In this document: piece after piece, positions 41,126 to 51,681 of the stretch
How positions within the stretch are numbered: the first letter of the stretch is position 1
Layout: each line of letters begins with the position of its first letter
Assembly (NCBI GenBank): GCA_965217605.1
Contig: CBDCJB010000004.1
Location: 8,015 to 72,014 of the forward strand
DNA length: 64,000 nt
DNA from: Gammaproteobacteria bacterium
Lineage (GTDB): Bacteria > Pseudomonadota > Gammaproteobacteria > Ga0077536
Reading direction: 5' to 3'
The notes under the pieces: model-generated
Databases searched by the model: none
What the model was told of the DNA's origin: nothing
What the model saw: the letters and a program-made list of their open reading frames with translations, nothing else
Position numbers and translations under genes: made by a program

Positions 41126-41240
41126 GAAAGGATGCGAACCTATCCCGAGGTTCACAAAATCGCCGGGAGCGATTTTGAACAACGCCGGCCGTAGGGCGGC
41201 GTTGGCCCTGAAGGGGCGAATTACAGGGATGTAATTCGTA

Positions 41241-41264
41241 AATCCTCTCGCCCCGACCAATTTC
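41241..41264 (+). repeat. 24-bp direct repeat of the tRNA-Pro 3' end (AATCCTCTCGCCCCGACCAATTTC), att-like remnant
   Basis: Identical to 41036-41059. The two copies bracket ~180 bp of non-coding DNA that contains the hairpin. Confidence 0.85.
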
Positions 41265-41315
41265 CAATTAAAAATTGACCTTGTTAAAGATCTACTCGAA
41301 CGAAACGCGTTAACT

Positions 41316-42461
41316 GTGAGTGCACGACGCTTGTCGCCCAATCGGACGATCGCTTTGAGCGCGCCGAACGTCGGCGAGGAAGAATGGCGCGCGCTGAAGG
41401 CGCCGCTCGAATCGGGCTGGCTCACGCAAGGGCCGCACGTCGACGCCTTTGAGGCGGCTTTTGCCGACCGGCATGCCGTGAACCACGCTGTGGCCGTGAC
41501 CAGCGGAACGACCGCACTGCACGTTGCGCTCGCTGCGGCGGGCATCGGACCGGGCGATGAGGTGATCGTGCCCGCTTTCACCTGGGTGGCCACCGCAAAC
41601 GCGGCGATTATTGTGGGAGCAACCCCGGTATTCGCCGATGTATTACCCGCTACCTATAACATCGATCCCGCCGATGTGGCGCGGCGCTTGACCGAACGCA
41701 CAAAGGCGGTGATTGCGGTGCATCTCTTCGGATTGTGCGCAGACATGGACGGTCTACGCGCCGTTCTTCCAGAACAGGTCGTGATCATCGAGGATGCCGC
41801 CTGCGCCGCCGGGGCGGCTTTTCGTGATGTGCCCGCCGGAAGTATGGGAAGGGTGGGGTGCTTTAGCTTCCATCCCCGCAAGTCAATGACGACCGGAGAA
41901 GGCGGCATGATCACGACTAACGACGATGCCATCGCCGCCGCGGCCCGCTCGCTCCGCAATCATGGCGCGGAGACGACCGGTGATTCGGAATCTCCGCACG
42001 TCATGCCGGAATTTCCGCGCCTCGGGTTTAACTATCGCATGACGGACCTGCAGGCGGCCATCGGACAGGTTCAGTTGACCAAGCTCGATGGATTCATCGA
42101 CGAACGCGCGTCGTGGGCCAAGGTGTATTGCGAGGAACTGCGGCCGCTAGGCTGGCTGAGCCTACCGGATGTCGACCTACGTGACCGGCACGCTTGGCAA
42201 GCGTTCGTTACGGTGGTCGATGAAGGCGCGTCTCCAGTGACGCGTAATGACTTGATGCAAGATCTGCAGTCAGCCGGCATCGCAACGCGACCCGGTACCC
42301 ATGCGGTAACGGAATTGGCGTATTACCGAAATCTCGGCGTTGATCCGGCGTCTTATCCCGTTGCACGTGGCCTCCATCATCGCTCGATGGCCATTCCAAT
42401 GCACAACCGCATGTCGGCGGACGATTACCACTATGTCATCGAAACGCTGCGGTCGATCTGA
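41316..42461 (+). CDS. DegT/DnrJ/EryC1/StrS-family PLP-dependent sugar aminotransferase (ArnB-like)
   Basis: GDEVIVPAFTWVATANA... and the SFHPRKSMTTGEGGM Lys motif. Confidence 0.85.
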   Translation: MSARRLSPNRTIALSAPNVGEEEWRALKAPLESGWLTQGPHVDAFEAAFADRHAVNHAVAVTSGTTALHVALAAAGIGPGDEVIVPAFTWVATANAAIIVGATPVFADVLPATYNIDPADVARRLTERTKAVIAVHLFGLCADMDGLRAVLPEQVVIIEDAACAAGAAFRDVPAGSMGRVGCFSFHPRKSMTTGEGGMITTNDDAIAAAARSLRNHGAETTGDSESPHVMPEFPRLGFNYRMTDLQAAIGQVQLTKLDGFIDERASWAKVYCEELRPLGWLSLPDVDLRDRHAWQAFVTVVDEGASPVTRNDLMQDLQSAGIATRPGTHAVTELAYYRNLGVDPASYPVARGLHHRSMAIPMHNRMSADDYHYVIETLRSI

Positions 42462-42584
42462 AGCATTGAGCCCTTAACTTCGGCGGCGATTATTCGCGTA
42501 GCGCACTGCGTACAGTGGTTAAACACCGTGTCCGGTGGTCTCCTAAGGTAGAATTCAAACTGTAATTCACTGTTTAATCTACAT

Positions 42585-44417
42585 ATGTGTGGAATTGTCG
42601 GTGCTGTAGCGCAACGGGACGTTGCGCCCATCCTGCTCGAAGGGCTCAAGCGGCTCGAATACCGCGGCTACGATTCAGCCGGTATCGCCGTTATTACTGA
42701 ACCCCAAGGGATCAGACGCATTCGCGTTGCCGGGAAGGTGCGCGCGTTGGAGGAAGCCTTGAGCGAGGAACCCCACGAAGGTGGGATCGGCATTGCGCAC
42801 ACCCGCTGGGCCACGCACGGAGAACCGTCGATAAAGAACGCGCATCCGCACGTGTGCCGCGACAACATCGCGCTCGTGCATAACGGCATTATCGAGAATC
42901 ACGAAGAATTACGCGCCGAGCAACTGGGCGCCGGCCATGAGTTTCATTCCGACACCGACACCGAAGTCGTCGTAAATCGCGTCTGTGATTACGTCGAAGC
43001 CGGCGACGATCTGCTGAAGGCCGTGCAGCGCACGACCGCCGATCTCAAAGGCGCTTATGCGTTGGGTGTCCTTGCGAAGACCCATAGTGAACGGCTCGTG
43101 GTTGCCCGCCGGGGCAGCCCCCTCGTTATCGGGCTGGGGATCGGTGAGAACTTCGTCGCGTCCGATGTGTTCGCCCTGTTACCTGTTACGCAGCGGTTTA
43201 TTTTTCTCGAAGAAGGTGACGTTGCGGAGATCATGCGCAATGTGGTCCGCATTTACGATGAGTCCGGCAAACGCGTGACGCGACCGGAGTCGCTTTCCGA
43301 GCTTTCCGCCGATGCTGCCGAGAAGTCGGGTTACCGCCATTACATGCTCAAAGAAATCTTCACTCAGCCGCAAGCGGTTGCGGACACACTCGAAGGAAGA
43401 ATTGAAAAGGGTACGGTAAGCAACGCGGCCTTTGGTTTTGGCGCCGACCGCATCCTCGATAAGGTTAAATCCGTGACCATCGTTGCGTGCGGTACGAGCT
43501 ACCATGCCGGCCTGGTCGCGCGCTATTGGATGGAAAGTCTCGCTGGCGTCCCCTGCACGGTCGAGATTGCCAGCGAATTCCGATATCGGCGGCCCGTCGT
43601 GACTGACGACGCCCTGTTTGTGACGATTTCACAATCGGGCGAGACCGCCGATACGCTGGCCGCGCTGCGCGAAGCCAAGTCGTGGGGTTTCGCGCATTCC
43701 CTGGCGATTTGTAATGTCCCTGAAAGCTCCCTCACGCGTGAATCGGAACTCATACTCATGACACGCGCGGGACCCGAGATCGGCGTTGCATCCACCAAAG
43801 CATTTACGACACAACTCGTGGCCTTGATGCTACTCGTGATCGCGCTCGGCCGTCGCAACATGATGTCGGAAGAGCTCGCGGCAGATCTTGTACGACAACT
43901 CGAATCGCTGCCGGGCAAGATTTACGGTGCGCTCGAACTCAACGACCGCCTCGCGGATTTAGCGCAGAGTTTCGCAACCAAACATCACACGCTGTACCTC
44001 GGCCGCGGATCGATGTATCCGATCGCGATGGAAGGCGCGCTGAAGCTGAAGGAGATTTCCTATATTCACGCCGAAGCGTATCCCGCCGGCGAACTCAAAC
44101 ACGGGCCGCTGGCGCTCGTTGACGAGGACATGCCCGTCATTTCGGTGGCACCCAACAATGAGTTGCTGGAAAAGCTCAAATCGAACCTCGAAGAAGTGCG
44201 CGCGCGTGGCGGCGAACTTTACATCTTCGCCGATTCAAGGGTTAAAGTGACCGCGCAACCGGGGATACACGTCTTCGATGTGGCGCCGGTGGACGATCCC
44301 ATCGCTCCCGTGGTGTACGCGGTACCGTTACAATTGTTTTCTTATCACGTCGCCGTCTTAAAAGGGGCGGACGTGGACCAGCCGCGCAATCTGGCGAAAT
44401 CCGTGACGGTAGAGTGA
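42585..44417 (+). CDS. glmS: glutamine--fructose-6-phosphate aminotransferase
   Basis: MCGIVGAV N-terminal nucleophile, two SIS domains, 610 aa. Confidence 0.95.
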   Translation: MCGIVGAVAQRDVAPILLEGLKRLEYRGYDSAGIAVITEPQGIRRIRVAGKVRALEEALSEEPHEGGIGIAHTRWATHGEPSIKNAHPHVCRDNIALVHNGIIENHEELRAEQLGAGHEFHSDTDTEVVVNRVCDYVEAGDDLLKAVQRTTADLKGAYALGVLAKTHSERLVVARRGSPLVIGLGIGENFVASDVFALLPVTQRFIFLEEGDVAEIMRNVVRIYDESGKRVTRPESLSELSADAAEKSGYRHYMLKEIFTQPQAVADTLEGRIEKGTVSNAAFGFGADRILDKVKSVTIVACGTSYHAGLVARYWMESLAGVPCTVEIASEFRYRRPVVTDDALFVTISQSGETADTLAALREAKSWGFAHSLAICNVPESSLTRESELILMTRAGPEIGVASTKAFTTQLVALMLLVIALGRRNMMSEELAADLVRQLESLPGKIYGALELNDRLADLAQSFATKHHTLYLGRGSMYPIAMEGALKLKEISYIHAEAYPAGELKHGPLALVDEDMPVISVAPNNELLEKLKSNLEEVRARGGELYIFADSRVKVTAQPGIHVFDVAPVDDPIAPVVYAVPLQLFSYHVAVLKGADVDQPRNLAKSVTVE

Positions 44418-44426
44418 ACGCTGTAC

Positions 44427-44591
44427 CTAGTGTGCTGTCCCGCAATAATGTTAGGTGCGTCGCGCCGGATTTTTTGTTCCTGGCAAGGCGCGACGACGCC
44501 GTGTAGCGGGCTCTACACAAGGAGGAGCAACGCCGCCAGGGGCAAAAAAGACCAGCGAATTATGAAACATTATTGCGGGACAGCGCACTAG
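44427..44591. mobile_element. MITE-like element: 157-bp body with 22-bp terminal inverted repeats (TGTGCTGTCCCGCAATAATGTT), flanked by CTAG on both sides, 10 bp after the glmS stop
   Basis: TIRs match with 1 mismatch. CTAG occupies both flanks. No ORF inside. Confidence 0.45.
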
Positions 44592-44729
44592 CCATCAAAG
44601 TTGAAATACCTCACATAATAGATCGTTGAAAAGAAAGCTAGAATTGCCCCTCCACCCGAGCGGAATGGCGAATGGCCGAGATTGAAGAATTAGTCGTATC
44701 AGAAGGCACCGTACTTATCAACAGGCTGC

Positions 44730-45250
44730 TTGAAACCCAAGCGCCATACCGTCCACGGAAACGGGGCAACTCCAGTCAGCCACAACGTCGTATTTATCGG
44801 TGGACCCGGAACAGGCAAGACGCATCTGGCCACCGCTATCGGTGTGCAGGCGATCATGCATCATCATCTGCGCGTGCGTTGCTTCTCAACCATTGAACTC
44901 GTCAATCAGCTCGAGAGCGAGAAGGCGCTCGGTAAACCTGGTCAGCTCGCCAACCGGCTCGTCCATGCCGATCTCGTCGTCCTCGATGAACTCGGCTACC
45001 TGCCGTTCTCTCAAGCGGGCGGCGCACTGCTGTTCCATCTGCTCAGCAAACTCTATGAACGCACCGCCGTGATGATCACGACGAACCTGAGCTTCTCACC
45101 ATGAGCTTCCGTATTTGGTGACCCCAAAATGACCACGGCAAAATGACCACGGCACTGCTCGATCGCCTCACTCATCACTGCCATATCGTTGAGACCGGCA
45201 ACGATAGCTAGCGCTTCAAACACAGCTCAACCAAAAACAAAAAGGAGATA
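44730..45250 (+). pseudogene. istB: IS21-family IstB remnant (N-truncated; 14-bp tandem duplication AAAATGACCACGGC x2 at 45137-45164 causes a frameshift)
   Basis: GGPGTGKTHLATAIG Walker A, DELGYLPF, then C-terminus ...LLDRLTHHCHIVETGNDS in a shifted frame. Confidence 0.7.
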
Positions 45251-45419
45251 AAATCTAGAAAACCATCCAAATCTTGAGCCCTACTTCGGCTCACCGAGGC
45301 GGGTCAATATTTAGTCCAAATCCCGGGTCAGTTTTCGGTGCAAATCAATAAGTCCTCGACATGACGTTTGATGATCCCCCGTGACACTGAGGCGAATGCC
45401 GCGTATCGGACAGCGCGGG

Positions 45420-48017
45420 CTAATAGTCAAGCTGGTAACTAACTCTGAAGTAATAGAAGGTGCCGTCAAACCCGAACGGTGAATACTGGCTGTAGAGATT
45501 ACCGGTCTGATCTCGCGCCTTTGGATTCTTATCCCCTTTCTCGTTAAAGACGTTCTGCACACCCGCAGTAAAGGTCATTCGCCCGTCGAGCGTGTATGCT
45601 GCCTCCAGATCAAACAGGTATTCACCGCCGTAGGTATTACCGTCTTCTGAGTCATACCAGCCGCCGTAGTAGCTGACCCGCCCCAGGAAACGCCATTCAT
45701 CCATACCGTGGTTAGCGGAAAGATTCCAGCGTGTTTCAGGTATCCCCTCCTCAATTTGCTTGACCCGTCCCTCACCCACCGTCTCCGGGTTTCTTTTGAT
45801 GACCTTGGTTTCCGTATGATTGAAGGCGAAGTTGAGATCGGTCTTGCCACTAGCCCAAGCAATGGGGTAAGTGGCCACGATATCTACACCCTGGGTTCTC
45901 GTATTAAAATCATTGATGAAAAACTTGAATGTTTGCAGGGTTTTCGCCTCAGCCAGGAGATCGCCTTGAAGATCGCTGAAATAGGCAGTACAGCTGGGAT
46001 CAGGAACCGCCGGCCGATCACCGGGACATACGTTCCGCTCTGTAGACAGGTTCAAGCGATCCTCGACCTTGATGTTGTAATAGTCAACTGACACATCCAA
46101 ATCGAAGATGTTGAAAAAAGTACCGGCGGTCAGGTTCAGCGACTCCTCGGGACTCAACTCCTGGCCGCCATACGCCACGGCAAGTGGATGGGTGGAGGGA
46201 ATGGTTCCCTCGTTGACCAGATCTCCTAGGCTTTGATTAAATACGGTGGAGATATTGAAAGCATTGGACTGACCCGGTGTCGGTGCCTTGAACCCAGTAC
46301 TGGCGGTGGCCCTGAAACCGAGTTGCTTGAATAGATGCAAGTTGCCGCCTACCTTCCAGTTGGTGGTACCGCCAAAGTCTTCGAATTCCTCGTGGCGTAC
46401 CGCCCCGGTCAGCAGCGCATTGTCAGTCAGTTCCCATTCGGTATCAAAATAGAACGCATGGTTATAGCGGGAGAAAACGCCGGCGGTACGGGGGCCAAAG
46501 CCTGAGAAACCGTTGGATGCTGGCGTGAAGCCTTGGTCCGCCAAGGGCCCATCCTCCCACGATGCCTGCTCGCCGATGCGAATTTCAAACTCTTCCTCGC
46601 GCCATTCGTAACCAATTGCGATACTGATGGCATCCGTAGGCGCGTAGCCCAGATCAACATTGAAATTCACCTCTGTCTGTATGTAGGCGCCGGGGTCAAA
46701 AGAGAGTGGCGTGTCCGGTCCCAGGGAGGCATTCACCGTGTTGTAGATGAAGAAGTCCACCTCATTCTGACCGTAGCTCGCACTGAAATCCCAACTAAAC
46801 GCGCCAAGCTTACTGTCGGCTTCGCCTTCCACACCGCTAACCAGGGAAACATCGGTCAGCTTTCCGCCAAAACGCGGGGTAAAGCCGCCGGGTAACAGTT
46901 TCTGCAGAGTGAAACAGTTGTCGTTTTCGAGTACCTGGTTCCATGCATCACGATCATCCGCGAGGACGGTACCATCGTCGGCAACTCCCACAGCAGGACA
47001 CCCTGCTGACCCGTCAGGCGTCAGGTCGCCGATCAGCAGCTGGGTGCCACCGCCGGTTCCGAACACCCCGCCACGGGTATTGGGGTGGCGGTAGTAGAAA
47101 CCACCATCCACTTCTTTCGACAAGTAGTTGGCGTGGGCATAGAAGTTATTGTGGTTGCCGAGCTCCACCCCCAGGTTGCCCCAAAGTTTGAGATCCTCAT
47201 CAATGACCGGTGAACCCCAGATCATCGCAGGCGCGGGCACGGCCGCGCCACGTTCACCCAAATAGCTGTCCAGTGCCCCCATCCCCGTAGTAAGGGTATT
47301 GCTTTCGTCGATCAGGGCCTGAGCATCATTTCTCTGAATGCTGCGGACGGTGGGGTCCGTCTCACCGTACTCGAAACTCAGGTTGGCGAAGCCCGAGGCG
47401 GTGAAAGGCAGGCCGATATTGCCGGAGACGCGAAACATGTCCCCATCATTTTCGGTCGTCTGGCCGTAACGTGCCTCAAATGTGGCGCCCTCATCATAGT
47501 CTTTCAAGATGAAGTTGAGCACGCCGGCGATGGCGTCACTGCCGTACTGGGCCGAGGCACCATCACGCAGCACTTCAACCCGTTTCAGGGCGATGGCCGG
47601 TATGGACGCAAGATCGGGGCCCTGCGACCCGTTTGCGATACCGTTTCCTATCCAAGTAATAATACTCGCGCGGTGGCGGCGCTTGCCGTTGACTAGGACC
47701 AAGGTATGGTCTGGCGCTAGCCCCCGGAGGTTTGAGGGTCGGACAATGGTGCCGGCATCGCTGATAGGTTGGGTGTTGAGATTAAGGGAAGGAACGATAT
47801 TACGCAGCAGGTTCCCCAGATCGCTGTCACCCTGATTGACGAAATCATCACCAAAGATGACGTCAATCGGAGCGGGTGTGTCCTGAACGACTCTCGCCTT
47901 GGCGCGTGTACCGGTGGTGACAACTTCCTCTAGGACATCCTCTTGCGCAACCCCGGTGATGGCCGTCAACAGGCCCATCAGCAACGTCAACCCTCGGTAT
48001 GCTTTGCGATTTTTCAT
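45420..48017 (-). CDS. TonB-dependent outer-membrane receptor (865 aa)
   Basis: Signal peptide, TonB box/plug (...VVTTGTRAK...) and a C-terminal beta-barrel. Confidence 0.9.
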   Translation of the reverse strand: MKNRKAYRGLTLLMGLLTAITGVAQEDVLEEVVTTGTRAKARVVQDTPAPIDVIFGDDFVNQGDSDLGNLLRNIVPSLNLNTQPISDAGTIVRPSNLRGLAPDHTLVLVNGKRRHRASIITWIGNGIANGSQGPDLASIPAIALKRVEVLRDGASAQYGSDAIAGVLNFILKDYDEGATFEARYGQTTENDGDMFRVSGNIGLPFTASGFANLSFEYGETDPTVRSIQRNDAQALIDESNTLTTGMGALDSYLGERGAAVPAPAMIWGSPVIDEDLKLWGNLGVELGNHNNFYAHANYLSKEVDGGFYYRHPNTRGGVFGTGGGTQLLIGDLTPDGSAGCPAVGVADDGTVLADDRDAWNQVLENDNCFTLQKLLPGGFTPRFGGKLTDVSLVSGVEGEADSKLGAFSWDFSASYGQNEVDFFIYNTVNASLGPDTPLSFDPGAYIQTEVNFNVDLGYAPTDAISIAIGYEWREEEFEIRIGEQASWEDGPLADQGFTPASNGFSGFGPRTAGVFSRYNHAFYFDTEWELTDNALLTGAVRHEEFEDFGGTTNWKVGGNLHLFKQLGFRATASTGFKAPTPGQSNAFNISTVFNQSLGDLVNEGTIPSTHPLAVAYGGQELSPEESLNLTAGTFFNIFDLDVSVDYYNIKVEDRLNLSTERNVCPGDRPAVPDPSCTAYFSDLQGDLLAEAKTLQTFKFFINDFNTRTQGVDIVATYPIAWASGKTDLNFAFNHTETKVIKRNPETVGEGRVKQIEEGIPETRWNLSANHGMDEWRFLGRVSYYGGWYDSEDGNTYGGEYLFDLEAAYTLDGRMTFTAGVQNVFNEKGDKNPKARDQTGNLYSQYSPFGFDGTFYYFRVSYQLDY

Positions 48018-48036
48018 GCGCGAGATCCTCGTCTAA

Positions 48037-48207
48037 GCTGTGGCCGAACGGCCGATGTCATAACCTGCAACGCGGCCATGCCCTGGGTGCGCCTACCGCC
48101 CAGGCGGCAGGTTGGAAGTGGACCCCAATGATTGGACAGTGGGGCAGCAGATTTAAGGTGGTATCTGCAGTTCATCGTTATGCTGCCAAAGTCAGTGGCC
48201 GAATTCC
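48037..48207 (-). ncRNA. possible cobalamin riboswitch in the 5' leader of the TonB receptor gene
   Basis: The leader contains ACCACCTTAAATCTGCTGCCCCACTGTCCAA (compare consensus GGTGcc.AA.TCC..GCTGCCCCCGCAACTGTAA) and GCCACTG/GCCACAG B12-box-like motifs. The order and spacing were not verified by folding. Confidence 0.3.
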
Positions 48208-48236
48208 AGCATAGACTTCACTCGGGGTGAGGTCGT

Positions 48237-49808
48237 CTAGCCCGGATATTTCATAAAAAAAGAGGGCAAGCCCTTTCTAATCCGTTATAATTCAGTTAGT
48301 TAGGCTGAAAACGGAAAGGACTCGCCCGTGACAGAATGTACCCAGACTGCGCTGCAATTTCCAGGCTTTTCTCGCCGCAAGATCGACGTCTCATTCAACG
48401 GCGGTGACATCACTTCCAACGGTGGGGTGCAGTTGCTGCGCTGGGCCGATGAACGGACCGGGTTGATCAAGGCCGCGGCACGGGCCATTGGGGATTCTCG
48501 CCGGAGAAAGAGCTGCACCTACGCTCTGGAGTCGCTGGTCCGACAGCGGGTCTATGGCCTTTCCCTGGGCTATGAGGACCTCAACGACCACGAGGCATTG
48601 CGCGCGGACTTGGCTCTGCAGACGGCGCTTTCCCGGGATGAGTCGCTGGCGAGCCCGTCGACGTTGTGCCGACTGGAGAACCGCGCGAACCGGAACACCG
48701 CGGTGGCCCTGCACAAGGTACTCATCGATGTGGATGCCACGGACGATCGGGTGCATGGTGATCAAGCGGGCCGCTTCTTCCACGGCTACTACGACCACTA
48801 CTGCTGTCTGCCCTTGTACGTGTTCTGTGGCGATCAACGGTTGGTCAGTTATCTGCGTTCGAGCAAGATCGACGGCGCAAAACACAGTGGGGCGATCTTG
48901 GCGCTGTTGATCAAACGGTTGCGCCAGGCGTGGCCGAAGGTCGAGATCCTGGTGCGCGCCGATGCCGGCTTTTGCCGCTGGCGGATGCTGCGCTGGTTCG
49001 ATCGCCACGGCGTGGATTACGTCATGGGTATCGCGAAAAACCCGCGTTTGCACGATCAATCGTTAGCGTTGCGCACGTTGGCTCAGTGGCGGTATTGGAT
49101 GATGGGTGAGAAGCAGCGCCTGTTCAGCGAGGTCCGTTACGCCGCACCGACTTGGGATACCCCGCGACGGGTGATCGTCAAGGCCGAGCATAGCGCCCGC
49201 GGCAGCAATCCCCGCTTCGTGGTGACCCACCTCACCGGCAAGGCCCAACGCATCTACGACCGCCTCTACTGCGCCCGCGGCGAGATGGAGAACCGGATCA
49301 AGGAGCAGCAGTTGGGCCTGTTTGCCGATCGCACCAGTTGCCACACCTGGTGGGCCAATCAGTTCCGGCTGTTGCTCTCAAGCTTGGCTTACACGCTGTT
49401 GGAGACGATCCGCCGGGTGGCACTACACGGAACGGCACGGGCTCGCGCGCAAGGCGGCACGCTGCGCCTGAAACTATTACGCATCGGCGCCATCGTCTTG
49501 CGCAATACCAGGCGCATCCGACTGTTGCTCTCCAGTGCTTACCCCAATCGAGAACTGTTCTGCCTGGTGGCCGCTCGCCTCAAGCCGGGATAGTCGTCCC
49601 AACGCCAGTCGCCTCGTGTTCGATTCCTTGTGAGTCGGGGTGTCGCTCGCCTCCGAAACGACTCGTGCATCGCAATCGGCGATAAATCCACCGGTGGCGC
49701 GCCGAAACGTCGCGCTCAAGCGCCGCTTCGTGCCACCACCAACGAATTCCGACCCATGATCGACCAACTCCACGCCCAATCTCACTGCTCATGCAATATC
49801 CGGGCTAG
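48237..49808 (+). mobile_element. IS1380-like IS, copy C, with a 48-bp in-frame internal deletion; CTAG flanks
   Basis: Same termini as copies A and B. The transposase is 421 instead of 437 aa and lacks GLIDNFIAAYKQAPRRLIRD. Confidence 0.85.
48328..49593 (+). CDS. DDE transposase of IS1380-like copy C (421 aa, internal 16-aa deletion)
   Basis: Alignment to copies A and B. Confidence 0.8.
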   Translation: MTECTQTALQFPGFSRRKIDVSFNGGDITSNGGVQLLRWADERTGLIKAAARAIGDSRRRKSCTYALESLVRQRVYGLSLGYEDLNDHEALRADLALQTALSRDESLASPSTLCRLENRANRNTAVALHKVLIDVDATDDRVHGDQAGRFFHGYYDHYCCLPLYVFCGDQRLVSYLRSSKIDGAKHSGAILALLIKRLRQAWPKVEILVRADAGFCRWRMLRWFDRHGVDYVMGIAKNPRLHDQSLALRTLAQWRYWMMGEKQRLFSEVRYAAPTWDTPRRVIVKAEHSARGSNPRFVVTHLTGKAQRIYDRLYCARGEMENRIKEQQLGLFADRTSCHTWWANQFRLLLSSLAYTLLETIRRVALHGTARARAQGGTLRLKLLRIGAIVLRNTRRIRLLLSSAYPNRELFCLVAARLKPG

Positions 49809-49945
49809 CTTGGAATGCGGCCGTTCATCATTGTAATAATTGAACCAAACACCGAGCTGGTGCTGTGCGTCTTTGTGTCCGTCTTCAAACAAATGGGACA
49901 GATGTTTGGTCTTGCTAAGGGAGTATTTTGCTCATCATTTTCATG

Positions 49946-50926
49946 TTACGCAGCGTGTCGTTGATAGTGCAAACGACGTTTCGCGATAGTCTTTCGTTTG
50001 ATCCTTTCTCGTTTTGCCAAAATAGATTGCCCGCGCCCGAAGTAAACGTCGGCTGGCGTCAGGTTTTTCAAGCGCTCATGGGTTCGCTGATGATTGTAGT
50101 GATCGACGAACCGCTCGATCTGCTGTTTCAGATCGCCGGGCAAGAAGTCATTCTCCAGTAGTATCCGGTTCTTCAGCGTCTGGTGCCAGCGTTCGATCTT
50201 GCCTTGTGTCTGCGGATGGTACGGTGCACCGCGAACGTGGCTCATCCCATTGTCGCTGAGCCAATCAGCAAGGTCGCTCGAGAGGTAACTTGAGCCATTG
50301 TCGGAGAGTAATCTCGGCTTTTGCACGACGTCGGCCTGGTCGCAACCCGAGGCCTGCAAGGCAAGTTCCAGGGTCTCGGCCACATCCCGGCTGGTCATGG
50401 TCGTACACAGCTTCCAGGCCACGACATAGCGTGAAAAGTCATCCCGTATCGTGGATAGAACCATCCAGCCCCAGCCAATGATCTTCAGGTAGGTAAAATC
50501 CGTCTGCCACTGCTGATTGATGGCCGTGGTCTTGTCTGTGAACTCGCTGGCGGCCTTCATGACGATGAAGGCCGGACTGGTGATCAGAGCGTGGGCTTTG
50601 AGAAGCCGGTAAACCGAGCTTTCCGAGACAAAATAGCCCTCGGTATCGGTGAAGGTAACCGCCAACTCGCGCGGACTCAGTTCCGGCCTGTTCAGCGCCA
50701 ACGTGATCAGGCGGTCTCGCACGGTATCGGGGATCCGGTTCCACACCCGCCCCGGCAGGGGCGCTTGGTCCTGCAGCGCCACTTCTCCGTCATGACGATA
50801 GTGTGCGTACCAACGGTAGAAGGTGGTGCGTGGAACGCCCAACATAGCCAGGGTTTGCTTGGCCGGCAGGTGCGATCGCTCCACCAACCGAATGATCTCA
50901 AGCTTCTCGGCGGCTGAATACCTCAT
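49946..50926 (-). CDS. IS3-family transposase OrfB (DDE integrase core, 326 aa)
   Basis: DFTYLK...LLSDNGSSYLS...YHPQTQGKIERWHQTLK. Confidence 0.9.
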   Translation of the reverse strand: MRYSAAEKLEIIRLVERSHLPAKQTLAMLGVPRTTFYRWYAHYRHDGEVALQDQAPLPGRVWNRIPDTVRDRLITLALNRPELSPRELAVTFTDTEGYFVSESSVYRLLKAHALITSPAFIVMKAASEFTDKTTAINQQWQTDFTYLKIIGWGWMVLSTIRDDFSRYVVAWKLCTTMTSRDVAETLELALQASGCDQADVVQKPRLLSDNGSSYLSSDLADWLSDNGMSHVRGAPYHPQTQGKIERWHQTLKNRILLENDFLPGDLKQQIERFVDHYNHQRTHERLKNLTPADVYFGRGQSILAKRERIKRKTIAKRRLHYQRHAA

Positions 50927-51297
50927 TGCAGGTCGTCCCCATCCCCGAGCCTGTTTTTTTTGAGCAGCCGCAGTTCCAGCGTTTGCTCGGCGACCACTTC
51001 CTTGAGATCTCGGGCGTCACGCCGAAGCGCCGTGACGTCACTGGTGTTGGCCTGGCGAACAATGTCCCCGGCCAGGCGCTGCTTGCCGGCTTCCATGAAG
51101 TCCTTGGACCCTTTGTAATACAGGCTTTGAGCAATACCTTCTCGTCGGCACAGCTCCGCCATGCTGGCTTCGCCACGCACGCCGTCCAGTACGATGCGTA
51201 TTTTCTCCTCCGCACTGGTTTGCTTGCGCGTGTTGCGCTTGATGTCACGAATGATTTTTTCTGACGACGACGTTCGTCCTGTCGGTCTCTGTTTCAT
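50923..51297 (-). CDS. IS3-family transposase OrfA
   Basis: One conservative substitution versus 24017-24391. Confidence 0.9.
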   Translation of the reverse strand: MKQRPTGRTSSSEKIIRDIKRNTRKQTSAEEKIRIVLDGVRGEASMAELCRREGIAQSLYYKGSKDFMEAGKQRLAGDIVRQANTSDVTALRRDARDLKEVVAEQTLELRLLKKNRLGDGDDLQ

Positions 51298-51378
51298 CTC
51301 AACTCCTCAGGTTAGGATGAACAAAAACTCTCCCTTAAACCAGCGCTATATCTGTCCCATAGGCGCTGACGGCATACA

Positions 51379-51594
51379 GTCTCGGCCACGTCCCGGCTGG
51401 TCATGGTCGTACACAGCTTCCAGGCCACGACATAGCGTGAAAAGTCATCCCGTATCGTGGATAGAACCATCCAGCCCCAGCCAATGATCTTCAGGTAGGT
51501 AAAATCCGTCTGCCACTGCTGATTGATGGCCGTGGTCTTGTCTGTGAACTCGCTGGCGGCCTTCATGACGATGAAGGCCGGACTGGTGATCAGA
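51379..51594 (-). other. 216-bp internal orfB fragment of the same IS3 (copy of ~50373-50588) stranded between two IS3 elements
   Basis: Near-exact identity to the internal orfB segment. It begins immediately after the IS3 terminus. Confidence 0.8.
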
Positions 51595-51681
51595 TGTCTG
51601 ACGTCAGCGCCTTTGGGACAAATTGAGGTAATTGCATAACGGAGGATTTCTGGCTCATCGTAGTAACCGAAGGGAACGAAG

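Larger units (their letters stand above)
49809..51378 (-). mobile_element. IS3-family element, complete copy (orfA + orfB), directly abutting IS1380-like copy C
   Basis: The left terminus ...GGCGCTGACGGCATACA is shared with the truncated copy at 24472. Confidence 0.8.

Noticed and set aside
44461-44510. glmS rho-independent terminator
   Set aside because: The GCGTCGCGCC...GGCGCGACG stem inside the MITE-like element is not followed by a U-tract, so I did not call it a terminator.
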